Positions 10,310-23,945 of a stretch of DNA of 27,938 nucleotides are shown in pieces. Source of the stretch: Ginkgo biloba (lineage: Eukaryota; Plantae; Ginkgophyta); assembly GCA_024626585.2 (NCBI GenBank), contig JANKJI020000002.1, positions 246,953,122-246,981,059 on the forward strand. The letters run 5' to 3'. Position numbers and translations under genes: made by a program. The notes beneath the pieces were generated by a model. It had not been told where the DNA came from, searched no databases, and saw only the letters and a program-made list of their open reading frames with translations. Each line of letters begins with the position of its first letter. Position 1 is the stretch's first letter.

Positions 10310-12200
10310 AATCTTATAATTAGTACTCTAAGTTTCTTATTAAATCTTCTCCTTATAGGCTTAAATCAAATCTTTCCCAATTATAATGTTAGACCTAATG
10401 GAATATTCTATAATTAATTCTAGCTAGTTATGCCTCTCCTTCTATTTGGATCTAATGAATTCAACTAGTATAGAAGATAATAAAGAGATCTTAAATTTAT
10501 AAAAAAAAAAAAAAAATGGGATTACAATTTATATNNNNNNNNNNNNNNNNNNNNNNNNNNNNNNNNNNNNNNNNNNNNNNNNNNNNNNNNNNNNNNNNNN
10601 NNNNNTTATTTATTTAATATATATCTACCAGATACTTTATATCAAATTCCATGAGGGTTAAAGCAATTAGAAGACACCTTCCTCCTCATTCTTCTCTAAT
10701 TATATATATATTCATATATTCTTGGTGGGGATTTATATATTAGTATTTATTAGCATCTGAAGTAATACTCCATGTAATTAACTTTTTGGCAATCTTATTC
10801 AATTGTTAGATTACTCTTCCATGTACTTCATTTTATTGTTTACATCCTTTGAGATAGTTATTGAATCTAAAGGATCACTTTTCATTTTATTAGCATTTTT
10901 CTTCAAATTATCTATCTTGTTCATTTAATCTTAGAACTCCAACTTATAACCGATGTGGGCTTATACTTCCTTCATAATTTTTCATCAAGAAAACCTTATG
11001 GGTAGTTAAAATAATAAGGATTTATTTAGTTGTTCTTCTAACTATAGAACTTTTTTCCTTAGCTCTTCCTATTCCTAGGTTATTTTGTTATTAGTTAAAA
11101 TCAAGGATATTACACTCAAATAAAAAATTTTGGTACCATATTCTTCCTCCTCTTTCTTCTTTAATCCACTAATCCATTATCTATATTGATGATCTTGTAA
11201 TTGGTTGGATTGGTGGAATAAAAGGTGGATTATAGTTTAAAGTAGGTAGAATAAGAGTAACATAAGGATTGATAAACATATGGATAAACTAGGGTAGATT
11301 ATTTAACCTATTCTACTCCTATAACAATATTTAGTATTAATTAAATCAATACAAGGTATAATACTTCTTTGTCCTACTCCTTTTTTCATATAATTAAATT
11401 ACTTTCCATGGCATTAAAAAGAAACCATGACATGTATACAAATTATCCTTTATTGTAGGTAGTAAATAATATAAATTTAAGTGTATAAAGGTAATTTGGG
11501 TGTTATCTCATAAAAATGTATTAGTAAGGAGGAAACACAATTAGTCCATAGCATAGGTACAATGTTAATTGAAACCCCAATGTTAGTATTCACTCATGTT
11601 AGGGTATTGTTGGAATAAATGTTTTTTAATATATAACCTAAATTATTAGGGGCTTACTCTTCTAATCCAAGTTATACTTTTAGCCTATACTTTGATTTAT
11701 CTTCTACTCATTTGGTAATTAATAATTGTCTATGAACTACCCTATTATTTTGTTATCAAACTTTTGGACAAACTCCATGATTTATAGGGAATTGAGCTAA
11801 TATATACTATAGAATAAATAAAATAGTTTTATAGATCTCAATAGTGTATATAGAGCATGAATTATATCAATAATTTAATAAGACTTAGGCACTCTTCTTT
11901 CATAAAATATCTTAGGTCAAAAAGGATTATACAAGCTATGACTCTTCTTCCACTATATTAGTCCTAAATTCTTTGTTTCTTCCTCTTCCATGGGTCATTG
12001 CATTCTTTTTATTCCTTTTGATGGTAATTCCAATGCTTTTCACTTCATCTTAGTTATTTTATGAAATTTTTTCTACTTAGTTTTAGTATCTTCTACTTTT
12101 AATAATCATGATACTATTTGAATTGAACAATGACATTTCTTGAATGTGAAGATGAGCTTTAAAAACAAACTTCAGATACTTATAGATTGATAAAGAATCA
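10310..12200 (-). mobile_element. Highly degenerate Gypsy gag(-protease)-like remnant
   Basis: Minus-strand peptide scraps: IMEFVQKFD near 11760-11785 (gag ExVxEYxxRF-like), a proline-rich NPYVTLILPTLNYNPP near 11225-11280, and ELIIEYSIRSNII near 10380-10420 (weakly protease-like). There are many stops. Confidence 0.35.
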
Positions 12201-13469
12201 CACCCCTATAAAAATAACCTACTTTTTATGTTGAATTCGATCTTTTTCATGATGAGTACAGGGACCATTCATCATGGCCAAGTTAGCATCACAAGTTGTA
12301 AGAGATACGGTCTTGTCCAATAAAGAGTTTAGAAGTGTAAAATGAAATATGTGAATAATGTGTAAAAGGTAGGTCCTAATATTTTAAAAATTACCTATAA
12401 AGGTTGTGTAGGTAGGAATGGAGAATGTGGGTATTTTTTTTAAAGGTAAAAAATATTTAGAATTAAATGTCAAAGGTAATGTGAATACATAAGGAAAGTC
12501 TATGTATAAATAATATAATGATAGTTTTTTATAAGGAAAAAGTTACCTACAAATAGGATTAAGTTAGAATTTTATNNNNNNNNNNNNNNNNNNNNNNNNN
12601 NNNNNNNNNNNNNNNNNNNNNNNNNNNNNNNNNNNNNNNNNNNNNNNNNNNNNNNNNNNNNNNNNNNNNNNNNNNAGAAAAATGAAAAGAGAGAAAATAA
12701 TGATGATAATGACCATGATACAAACAATACATAAAAACATAGTAAGAATACTTGTTGGAGTAATAAAAGCAATAGATCTCAGCAAAGAGGTAGAAAAAAG
12801 AACATAATAATAACTTACTAGTTATTAATAAAGAAATGAAGAAAAATAGATGGCTAATTCTTTTCAAGTGTATAAAAAATTGAAGGTAGGAGATGTAAAA
12901 ATTATGAAATGCATCAAGTGTAATGGTTGTGTCCATAGCTCAAGGACATGTCCATTCTCTATTCCAAGAATTAAACTATGTCAACTCTATGTTATTTGTG
13001 ACCTTGAGACTAAAGAATGAAAGGATTAAGAATGTTAAGATTAGACATGTCGAACCAAATTCAAAGTTATATTTGGATAAATATGTGAATCTAACCATAG
13101 CATCATATCCAAGAGGGTTTGATAAAGAAAATGAAGAGGTGGGGGTGGGACCCCCAAGAAAATATATTCTTTAGAAGAAAAAGGTAAAGAGAAGGTAGAA
13201 TATCCTAATCTAAAGGACCAAAAAAGGAAAATAAGAAATCAAGAGATTTGATTACTAATTCTCATAAAGTAAAACCCTTGAAGATAAAAGACTTTGAGGG
13301 AAAATAAAGAAAAATAATCTAAAAGGGTGGATCAAGATAAAGATCTATTGAGACTAATGAGAAATTTAAAATTGTAGAAAACTACTTTACTAAGAATAAC
13401 AGAGTTATGCTTACTACAATTTGGATGTTGTTCAAGTTAATAGATAATCTCATAGTAAAACATAAAGAT

Positions 13470-13688
13470 AGTGAACCCTCTGTTTAGGTGGTAGTTTAGG
13501 GAATTAAAGTCAAAGATGTTATGGTAGACTTCAGATCAGAAGTAAATATCATATCTTTTGAAATGTGGAATGGGATGGGATGTTCTAAAATGGGGCATTC
13601 CAATATAATCATCAAAATGATAGATCAACATCAAGTTACCCCAAAAGGGAAGTTGATGAATGTTAAGATTTCTTATAAAAGTTTGGAA
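13470..13688 (+). mobile_element. Gypsy retropepsin-type aspartic protease remnant (within a decayed gag-pol, ~12.7-15 kb)
   Basis: GIKVKDVMVDFRSEVNIISFEMWNGMG...IIIKMIDQHQVTPKGKLMNVKI matches the retrotransposon protease pattern hhDxGSxVNhh...hKMADQ...PxGxhxxVxI, with the catalytic D(S/T)G decayed to DFR. Confidence 0.75.
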
Positions 13689-16424
13689 NNNNNNNNNNNN
13701 NNNNNNNNNNNNNNNNNNNNNNNNNNNNNNNNNNNNNNNNNNNNNNNNNNNNNNNNNNNNNNNNNNNNNNNNNNNNNNNNNNNNNNNNATGAAAGGGTAT
13801 AAGAGTTATCCCTCCTTTAGTAGACATAAGGGATAATGTTTATTCCTTTTCATGTTGGGATGTGAGATAAGGCCTATTTCTCTTCAAGTGGGATGGGTGA
13901 GGATAGTAATGGAAATAATTTTATTCTCACCTTTAAACCATTACTAGAGTCAAAGTGAAGATATGGACATGGGTTTGATTAAGGTTAATTATAGTGGCTT
14001 TGACCATAGAGTTTCAATAAGAGAAAAAATAAGTAAAAAATATGTAGGTGAATAAGGTTTCTTGTAATAGAATTCCCCTTGAAGGATGAAAATAGTAAGG
14101 TTTAAATTGATAAATTATTTCAATTATAGGTAAATAGAAAAATAAAAGAGTTGGACTATCATACTTAAAGTAATACTAAAGTGTAGGCATGACTGTTGTA
14201 AGAACTTTGCTAATGTTACAAATATTACTTGATGAAGGGGAAAGGGGGATCTCAACAATTGACTACCTATAAGGAAAATCTTATACAAAAAAGCCTTCAT
14301 TTTGAGTGATGTGAGCATGTCCCATGTTCACAATTTTCTGATAAAAAGCTAATAGTTGGACAAGTTTCAACTTAATATATAATACAAGGGGTCTTTCTCA
14401 TAAAATGGGATGACAACAACACACAAGATAGAACAAATGGTCGAAAGTGTCATTGAGTGTATTCATAGTGATGTAGAAATTAGAAATGTAGATGATGGTT
14501 AGGCAGTTGTGCCATATAAAAGAAAGGAGCTAAGGGATATCCTAGATATATGTGCTCGAGTTAATAGGATTGTCATTTAAGATTTGCGTCTATAATGGTA
14601 CCCTACTAGTGGTGAGCTAGGTATTTAGGGTGTAATAAGGTTTATGGATTTCTTGGAAATATGTATTGATATCAATACGGAGGAATATTATCTAAGAAGA
14701 TAGTGTTTATTAAAAGAATACGTATTTTATTTCTATAAGTGTGTATATGGGGCATGATAGGTATAAATTTTGATTTAATCCTCAAAGGAGGCTTGTTAAG
14801 TAGCATAACCTTGCAAATATGATGGTATTGATAAGAAAACTCAAAGTCTATAGGAGGGTGTACCTTAGATAGTGACCTAGTGTTGACAAGATAAAAGATT
14901 AGTTGGATTCCTATAACTTATTGGCAAGAACCAAGTTTATGGTTGATGTATCATTATCTTTAAGTAAGTATGTATGTGATATGATAATTTTATAGAATAT
15001 AATAATCAACCTAAAATAAATAAAATATAGCATAATATGATTTCTATTTTAGAAAATAGAAGCTACATATATATAATAAAATAAGTAATAAATCCCTTAA
15101 AATTATTTTAGATTTGCATTCCTATATTAGAGAAAATAAAAATTCATAGATATAGACTGATTGAATGTGATCTATCTATGTCTTCTACCATTTCGTTTAT
15201 ACAACCCAAAAATAGATAAAAACCCATTTTTTAACTATCAACCTGACTAAAATTTCAATTGGGATACTATGAAGTCTTATTAAAAACCAAGTGATATTTA
15301 TGAGAACTTAAAATTTAAAAATTAAACAAAAAGTAAAGAGAATGTTTTTATAAGAAAATTTTATAATTTAATGAGAAGTAGGGAGTTGACTCCCCAATAT
15401 GGTTTCCAATCTATTACTTGTTAAGGGATGAAAAACCCAATAATAGATCCTTCACAACTTCTTGATGGGGATTATATGACAAGATAACTACAAATACAAT
15501 ATGGGAGGAAGGAACAATTAAAGAGATATTATCTTGAGAAATCATAAGTGAAGGCTTAATTAGTGCATACCTANNNNNNNNNNNNNNNNNNNNNNNNNNN
15601 NNNNNNNNNNNNNNNNNNNNNNNNNNNNNNNNNNNNNNNNNNNNNNNNNNNNNNNNNNNNNNNNNNNNNNNNNNNNNNNNNNNNNNNNNNNNNNNNNNNN
15701 NNNNNNNNNNNNNNNNNNNNNNNNNNNNNNNNNNNNNNNNNNNNNNNNNNNNNNNNNNNNNNNNNNNNNNNNNNNNNNNNNNNNNNNNNNNNNNNNNNNN
15801 NNNNNNNNNNNNNNNNNNNNNNNNNNNNNNNNNNNNNNNNNNNNNNNNNNNNNNNNNNNNNNNNNNNNNNNNNNNNNNNNNNNNNNNNNNNNNNNNNNNN
15901 NNNNNNNNNNNNNNNNNNNNNNNNNNNNNNNNNNNNNNNNNNNNNNNNNNNNNNNNNNNNNNNNNNNNNNNNNNNNNNNNNNNNNNNNNNNNNNNNNNNN
16001 NNNNNNNNNNNNNNNNNNNNNNNNNNNNNNNNNNNNNNNNNNNNNNNNNNNNNNNNNNNNNNNNNNNNNNNNNNNNNNNNNNNNNNNNNNNNNNNNNNNN
16101 NGGATGATGGATATATCGTATGTATCTTTGAGTGGGATAAAGTGAGAAAGTTTAGGGAATTAGTTCAAATTATTAGGCATGGAATATATTTAAGGGATAC
16201 ATGAATCACTCTTCTCTCATTATTTCTTTATGTTTATCCCATTAAAGGTACTAGTAAGTCACTATGAACTTTGGGAAATTAATAAATCCACTTCCCCCTT
16301 AGTACAAAAGATATTAGGTATAATTTCAATTCATAATTTAACATAAGAGATATTTTTATACTTGATTAACCATTTATAAGATTCTCAATATCAAATAAAG
16401 TCTTAAGAAATGTATCTAAACTCT

Positions 16425-16870
16425 AATCATTGTCCATTTTATGCCAAATTAAAATTATTATACATCACTATTCGGGGGATTCATTAGCTATAGTATTTTA
16501 AAGTTGGTGGAAATATTTGGTCAACCCATATCTTATTCTAAGATTAGTCAGGATTATATACTACTAATCGTTCTAGGACCTAGTCTCTTATCTTTAAGTT
16601 TGTTTACATTTACTCAGGGTGGAACATATTTTCTTCATTTAAAAATGTGAAAATAAAGTTGTATTTGATGTTGATACTAGGAATTTACCTTATTTTAGAA
16701 ACAATCAACATTTTATTATTATCTTAAATAGATTTTTATTATATATCCTCACATATATTTATAAAACTTAAAGAAAGGTGACCTATCTTATATATTTCAT
16801 CGACCATTAGGGAAATCCATATTACATGGTCATGCTACCTTACCTTCTAGAGGACAAGAATATATGAAAT
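16425..16870 (+). mobile_element. Possible LINE ORF1 remnant
   Basis: The scraps CPFYAKLKLL and ILKLVEIFGQPI loosely resemble the PVWVxLxxLP...IGxPL stretch of plant L1 ORF1. The match is weak. Confidence 0.25.
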
Positions 16871-17282
16871 ATATACATAAGACTTAGAAAATAAGTCTTA
16901 TACACTTCCCTTAATATCTTTTGACATCGTATAAACTTATAAACCCTATGATAAAAATGGTAGTTGTGGGGTTACTCATAGTACTTACCCTTAAAAAAAG
17001 TATTTTGGCTAGTAAGAGAAAGGGAATCTAAATGAATATGAAGCCTTAGAGCTAGCGTAGCTATTTCATACATTACTTCATACTTATACTAGCTGGGGGA
17101 TATATCCTTTAAGTATTTTCATATATAATTGTTTTGTGTGGATATTAGTATACACCCATGGAAAATTATTTTCATAAAGTTTTATTTTCATATAGTATTG
17201 TTAATATTTTTTGTAGTACCAAAGAAATATTTTTTAATTTATTATTATTGATATTTAATCAAAAGTATTACAATAATGTTTT

Positions 17283-17510
17283 TAACTAATCATAGTTAGN
17301 NNNNNNNNNTGTATGGTTAAATTTGAACCAAATAAATAACAATATTATGCTACATGTTGTCAAGAATTAAGTTAAGCATGATTATATATGTACACAAATA
17401 GTTGATAATTTAACCATGGTTAATATTCAAGAAAGTATGGTTAAGCATTGATATGAACATATTTATATGATATCCTAATCATAGTTGACTATGGATGTAA
17501 ATGATTAGTC
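17283..17510. repeat. Degenerate palindromic motif array (TAACCATGGTTA family)
   Basis: Perfect palindrome TTAACCATGGTTAA at 17410-17423; GTATGGTTAA at 17311 and 17435; TAATCATAGTT at 17287 and 17476. Confidence 0.55.
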
Positions 17511-18850
17511 AATTATAAATTTTAGATATATTATAAACAATTATTCATAGGTAGGTAGTTGAGAAACTTCTAATTAAGTATTGAAATGGACTATATTTAA
17601 GTATGTAGTATACCTTCGTGGAGTATTCAATGGATTATAGTCAAATATTAACAAAATGATAATTAGATATTTCATATTTAATTCCTTATAGGTCTTAACT
17701 AGTAATTTATGTTTTAATGTATAGTATAAGTTTTGGGCTAGGTGCATATTTTTTTAAATAACTAAATTTTATAGATGGATGCATGTTAATGCTAGAAATG
17801 TAGAATGTTCATACATAATTAAGTAATTGATGATATAAACATATAGAAAGATAGGTGAGTTTGATGGGGGATGAGATCCTTACGTAAGACAATGCTCCTT
17901 TAAATATGTTTATTCCTTTAGATGGATCGATTTGGACCTTGGGTGAATATACAAACCCACAAAATGAATAAAATAAGAGACATAAGAAAAATATATGTAA
18001 CAAATGGAAATAATATACTAGCATACGGAACTGATATAAAGGCATACATAATTTAGATATAATNNNNNNNNNNAAGTATGCTAGGAGATAATTAGAAAAT
18101 AGAATCCCATGTATGGTCACTACTTATGTTATGGTGAATTAACACACCTTATGAACATAAATAAGAACATTCCAATGTTATAACATAGCAAATACATTTT
18201 GAGTAGGGAGGGTTCCTTATGAACAAATGATGACGGACTTGTATAAACATCCATAGATAAAAATGAATATCCATAGTATAAATATAATATTAAGAGAGAA
18301 AATATGTAGAATTGTTGCTTATTAAGGACACTTCCACGCAAATTATTAAGAGAAGGAAAGTACAATAAGATCAAGCCATTTTGAAAAAGGTGGTGAGATA
18401 CACGAACATGTTCAAGGATAATGTCTCATAAATCATCACCCAAATGCCAACCAATGAGAATGTTAGGACATTTATGGATAACATCCAATCCTACAACTTG
18501 ATAACAAGGAATAGTCAATATAGTTTAATCTAGGACACAAAAGATTCAAGGATTGTAGGAGATCTCAATTGTAATAAGAAGTATCACTTTCAAAAAGGTT
18601 TTGCTAGAAAACCAAGACACCCCACTACAAATCCACAATAATTTGAAGGTATGGATCGTTCGGGGCAACACAAGTTAAAATGTGGGAGCTAGTGACAACT
18701 ATTCAAAGCAATTAGAAATAGATCGTCAGTTATATGCATGTGCACTCCATTTTGAATTAATCAACAATATGCTCATTGGAGCAAGGAATTAAGCAAACCT
18801 ATCCACACGCCCATTGATGCGGAGAGAGGGACCAAGCGACGGTTACGGCC

Positions 18851-18862
18851 ACTCTGATGCCA
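18851..18862 (-). promoter_or_regulatory. Primer-binding site (tRNA-iMet variant TGGCATCAGAGT)
   Basis: ACTCTGATGCCA on the plus strand, 1 nt from the LTR terminus. Confidence 0.7.
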
Positions 18863-18863
18863 A

Positions 18864-19129
18864 TGAAGCAACGAGGGAAAGGGAACTCTTTTTTGCTCTA
18901 CGGAATTTCTGTCTATTATAAGCTTTCTGGAAATCTATCGTCCCACCCCACCGACGAAACTCAACGATGTCTGTCGGTGATCCAACACCGACGAAGTTCC
19001 CTACAGTCCCCCCTGACCGACGGACGTCGATCCTTTGCCTTACAACGTCTGTCGCCGTCCTCCCTCCTGCGTTCTAGGATCTTGTCGATACACAAGCCCG
19101 CGCCGACGACATCGGCGAACGCTGCTTAG
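18864..19129 (-). mobile_element. Young CpG-rich LTR (5' LTR of a minus-strand retrotransposon; distal end at or in the gap)
   Basis: Begins TGAAGCAACG on the plus strand next to a PBS; CGCTGCTTAG at 19120-19129 is close to its reverse complement CGTTGCTTCA. There is a TATA-like CTTATAATAG on the minus strand at ~18913-18922, and GC/CpG content is far above the rest of the window. Confidence 0.7.
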
Positions 19130-21013
19130 NNNNNNNNNNNNNNNNNNNNNNNNNNNNNNNNNNNNNNNNNNNNNNNNNNNNNNNNNNNNNNNNNNNNNNN
19201 NNNNNNNNNNNNNNNNNNNNNNNNNNNNNTATTAATTCCATTATGACAATAATCAAACATTATAATGAATCCATTTTCCTATGTACACATTCTAATATCT
19301 TCTTTATTTTATTTACTATATTGGTCTTGATTATTTTTCTTATATTGATCCGTTAATATTATATCCACAATATAGTATTTTTTATCTAATTAGGAAAATA
19401 ACTAACTTAATTAGATCATCCTATCAATCTATTGGACAACAAGTCCATCATAGAAATTTACATTATCTTCTTCAATATTTAAGACATTTTATAGGTTTAA
19501 TACCTTTATAAACTATGGATCCATTTTTATAATTATTGTCTAGAGTTCCTTTTGATCATGATTCCAAAGGACCTGGAACTAAGAATGTTTATGATGGTTT
19601 CCTTAAAAATCCTCCTAAAATTTTTCATGGTGTATAGTCATAAGGAATTGTGTCTTCCTATTCCACCAATATTTTCCATTATTATTTAGAACTTTTAAAT
19701 CCTTGATTTGGATTGTCTTATCTTATCAATGCCACTACAATGCCTCTTCTAGATGTAACATGTATATTAAAAGCATAATAAGATTCACCATATAAGTTAA
19801 TTAAAGGTGTCTCTTCTAAAATCAAAATATTGGAGGATTTAACCCCTCTAGGTTATGATCTATATTTATATGGTTCTTCCTATTTTATACCCATTAAGAA
19901 AAAAGTAACTCCAAATCTTAATCAACCCAATTACATATGGTGTATTCGATGCCCATATCAATTAACCCTTCTTAAGGGAAATATTCCATAAAATAATTAG
20001 TTATAAGTTCTACCTTAAAATAAGGTAATACTATGGCTCATAGGACTAATTCTAGACAACAAATAGCTAGTCCATTTTATATGAAATATATTACTAGATA
20101 ATTGTTAAATTTAGATGTAGCATAATTAGATAGTTCCATATAAAACCCATAGGTTCTTATTAATGTTTCACCTACATAAATGGATATTCAAATGACTAAT
20201 GTTTCTATACAAATATTTTAAGGGACTCATCCATTTAGAGGTAACCTTCTACCATAAANNNNNNNNNNNNNNNNNNNNNNNNNNNNNNNNNNNNNNNNNN
20301 NNNNNNNNNNNNNNNNNNNNNNNNNNNNNNNNNNNNNNNNNNNNNNNNNNNNNNNNNNGAATATAGAGATGACTCAATTAGGATAATAGATTACATATGA
20401 TTAGCTTTAGAAATTGATTATAGGATGATATGTATGATAGTTATAATGTTAATGATTCTTAGGATGCCAACATATTCGCTAGAAATAGAGGATTATAGAA
20501 TAGAGTAAAATGACTAAAGATTCATATGATTTATTTATTAATATTGGGTTCTAATAGGTGTGTTCTATACTTTGTGTTAAAGGAGTAATCTAAGGGCATT
20601 CTAAAATGATCACTATATCTGAGAATAGAACTCAGACACCTAATGGAAGATGATAGAGCAAATATTGATAGTAATGACTGTGATCCAAAGTAAGGAGGGA
20701 AAATAATTATATTGATCAGAATCTAAAGTGTGAGAGATGTATTCTTTTTGTATTTTAAATTAAGTCATTCCTCTTAAACCTACATATTAACAATAATAAA
20801 TGCTATAAGAAATATAGATAATTAGAGTGAAAATCCATAAATGAAATATTCATTTATATGAATCACTAATCAAATGCTATAAGTATAATTGCATACTAGG
20901 CTTAAAATAATAGACTATTAGGGGTAAGGATTAGGCTTAGGAAACCTAAACTAACATTCCATTGTTGGTCGTTAGGGACCACTTAAAAGGGAATACTTGG
21001 CTACCAACCAAAC

Positions 21014-22326
21014 CTCTGATGCATAAATGCTAACTGTTAGCACCAAGCAACCTCCTTGCATGATTCCAACCCCTGTAGCCAAATAAGAGTGCCAAGTGTG
21101 AGACTACTTTCAACTCCTCTTCAACACTAGGGTTATCTCCCAACGAGACACCCAACCCACTAACAATATCATGCATACACGTATATTGACTACAAACATA
21201 AGTGTGAGCAAATAACCATGTGTACAAAAACATATACCAATGCAAGCCAGTTCAGAAGTACAACCCACCATGAGTGCTAGCACACTCCATGGCACCGAAA
21301 CAACTCCTGAGGGATCTCAAGATGCTAGCACCATGCTCATTATCAATAATCCTATGACTCCAAGTCACAAAACACTCACTGTGCACTGTGGCTTGTACGG
21401 TTCCAAGCTAGACATAATGCATCAAATGCACAAGCATGACTAACCCTATGCCTAATAATCCCCTTAGTGGATTCCCTACTAGGATAAGTTGCCACTAAGA
21501 CTTAACGCTAGGGTTTGAGATCTGAAAAATGAGGAAAGAATAAACATACCAAACCCTGATGTCCATGCATATCCATAAACAACCATACATGATGCAAAAC
21601 ATTCCTTTGACTAAGAGCGTCCTACTCCAAGGAATCTAAATCAGCATTTTTTGGACAAACAGGCCCATATTCATGCATAANNNNNNNNNNNNNNNNNNNN
21701 NNNNNNNNNNNNNNNNNNNGTTAATGCGAAGTGATAGTGCATGAATTAATAGTGCAAAATAGTGAGGCCAAATACAAATATAGTACTTAATGAATCTGGA
21801 GAATCTAAAGAAGACCAAATGGTATCGAGAGTCAAAACATATCAATTCCTCCTAGAATGCAGTGCCTCACTTATTATGGTATTTAATGCATAGTGATAGT
21901 GGAGAACAGGCTATTAATTCATAGCGATAATGCATAACAAGTTGTTAATACGCAGTGATAGTGCAAAAGACATCGCTAGTGTACCAAAAAGTGCAACGAC
22001 TTCATCTGGAGGTTTGTTGCGCCCTACAAAGAGTCATCAATCTATACCTACCCCTTGAATGAGGTCACCTTACCCTATAGAAGAGAATCTAAGCACTTCT
22101 TTGGTGAAAATACCTTCAAAAATACATCATTAATGCAAAGAATAGAGCTCATCTATGCACACAACAATGAGTTCCTGAAAATGACGACTTCTCCTAGTGT
22201 AGTAATGAAGCCAGAACATTAAAAAAGATCCTCAGAATGAGGGCACCTTTAGTAGGAGATCACAATGAGAGAGAGAGAGAGAGAGAATATACTTAAGGGT
22301 TATCTCGCTTAGATAAACCCTATTTA
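21014..22326 (-). mobile_element. Long LTR (U5/R side) plus degenerate PBS of a minus-strand Gypsy-like element; decayed internal region probably continues toward ~19.2 kb
   Basis: The minus strand has TAAATAGGGTTT at the gap edge (TATA-like, 22315-22326), then a (TC)10 tract and over 1 kb of relatively GC-rich non-coding sequence. It ends ...GTTAGCA (21028)-TTTA-TGCATCAGAG (PBS-like, 21023-21014). Internal AGTGATAGTGCA-like repeats occur at 21730-21965. Confidence 0.5.
22267..22286. repeat. (GA)10 microsatellite
   Basis: Seen directly. Confidence 0.95.
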
Positions 22327-22745
22327 NNNNNNNNNNNNNNNNNNNNNNNNNNNNNNNNNNNNNNNNNNNNNNNNNNNNNNNNNNNNNNNNNNNNNNNNNN
22401 NNNNNNNNNNNNNNNNNNNNNNNNNNTTTTATTGAAAAGTAAGGAAATATCCATATAGAACAAATGATAAGCATTTTATCCATCTTTTGATTGTATTTTA
22501 TAATTTGAAGTTCTTTTATCTAGTGTGTATGGTTGTCTCCATTTAGGATGGATCATTAGTTGTATGTTCCTCATAAGGATAACTTTCCACTAATAAAAAA
22601 TATAAATTTATTCTTTTGGGTTCATACGTTTATGTTTTTACATAGTTCATATTTATTTGATGATTATTTTTTATTAATAGGTTTCTGTAATGATATGTTA
22701 ACTGTATAAAAGTTAAATGATAAACATGTGAGATAACACTATCTA

Positions 22746-22774
22746 TCTCTCTCTCTCTCACATACACACACACA
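22746..22774. repeat. Compound (TC)n-(AC)n microsatellite
   Basis: Seen directly. Confidence 0.9.
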
Positions 22775-23344
22775 TAATGCCATTTGATACATTATGTACA
22801 TCAAAATAATATAATTAGAGCCTTAAACTATACATAGATCTATGATGAATAGTATTAATTCCTTACAAATAATATAATAACATATCTATAGGTACTGTTG
22901 AGTGATGCAATTGCTTAGGACTCTAGAACTTGTAATAACTTGTTTAATAACATTTTACACAAATATTAGTAATCATTGTATTATCTTTTCCTATTCTATA
23001 AGAAGGATCTCATCATCAAATTTCTCTATGACCTCCTTAATGATGGAGAAAATATCTCATATTCCATCCAAATTAGCATATGATAAAGGAGGAAGTGGTG
23101 GTAAAAATAAGATGCATGATAATTTTGATCAAATATAGGTTCTAAAAGTGAAAAGAAACTAAAAATAGTGATAATATAACGCACATACTCACTAATAAAT
23201 GGGACAATATATAATGGAGAGAAATATGTGGCAAGAAGATTCTAGTGATGACTATAGTCCAAGATATGTTATGCCACTCCTTTGAAATTTGGACCCCAAG
23301 ATCCTTAAGGGACCCTTCCATGAGCTATTACATTTCACTAATGA

Positions 23345-23945
23345 AATTTGGAATCTACTAAAACTAGTACATACTGTGGTCTTAAATGTAGCATTTGCTT
23401 AAATATTAAGCATAATAAAATGGAGTTATATGGAAATTTATTCCTAAGTCACTGCATATTTGAATAATTGCTAAGTACCCTAATGAACTAGAGATTAATT
23501 ATAGTGAGANNNNNNNNNNCATGGAGTGCCCCAACATATACTCCCTAAATAATGGTAGTAATCTTAGAGGGATGTAATATTCCTAAGTTGCATCATATAA
23601 TTTATATAGAAGAATATTTATCATGATCTTCACTATCTCATCTTAAATCAAATTAATTGCCCAATGTTTTTGTTACACCTCATATTAATATTAATATTAC
23701 ACCAATCAATATTATCTTATACAAATGATCATTCATCAATGGTTAAGTCCATCAAAATAATCAACCCTGCCTATAATAACATATCCTTATGATATAGTAT
23801 ATCATTAGGAGTTACCAATACTCTTTGAGCTATCTACGTAAAAGTAAAAAAGAGAGATTCATGATCATGCATTGTAATAAAGTGTTCCAATATCTATAAA
23901 ATGACATCAAGATCTAGTCAATAGATACCAAGGAGAGTAGAATTT
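23345..23945 (+). mobile_element. Ty1/Copia RT/RNase H remnant
   Basis: IWNLLKLVHTVVLNVAFA*ILS and IIAKY resemble Copia VGSLLYLxxTRPDIAFAVxxLS...KRILRYL. DIKI*SIDTKE near 23903-23935 resembles the end of RNase H. Confidence 0.5.

Noticed and set aside
18857-19129. 90-aa S/R/P-rich ORF
   Set aside because: It coincides with a GC-rich LTR; there is no recognisable domain, and fewer stops are expected at this GC content.
19540-19620. Minus-strand 'FLVPGP' as a CACTA transposase motif
   Set aside because: The flanking transposase motifs are not recoverable, and the match is too short to support a call.
21820-21831. Plus-strand PBS-like TGGTATCGAGAG
   Set aside because: It has an insertion relative to the consensus, no gag follows it, and it lies inside what reads better as a minus-strand LTR.
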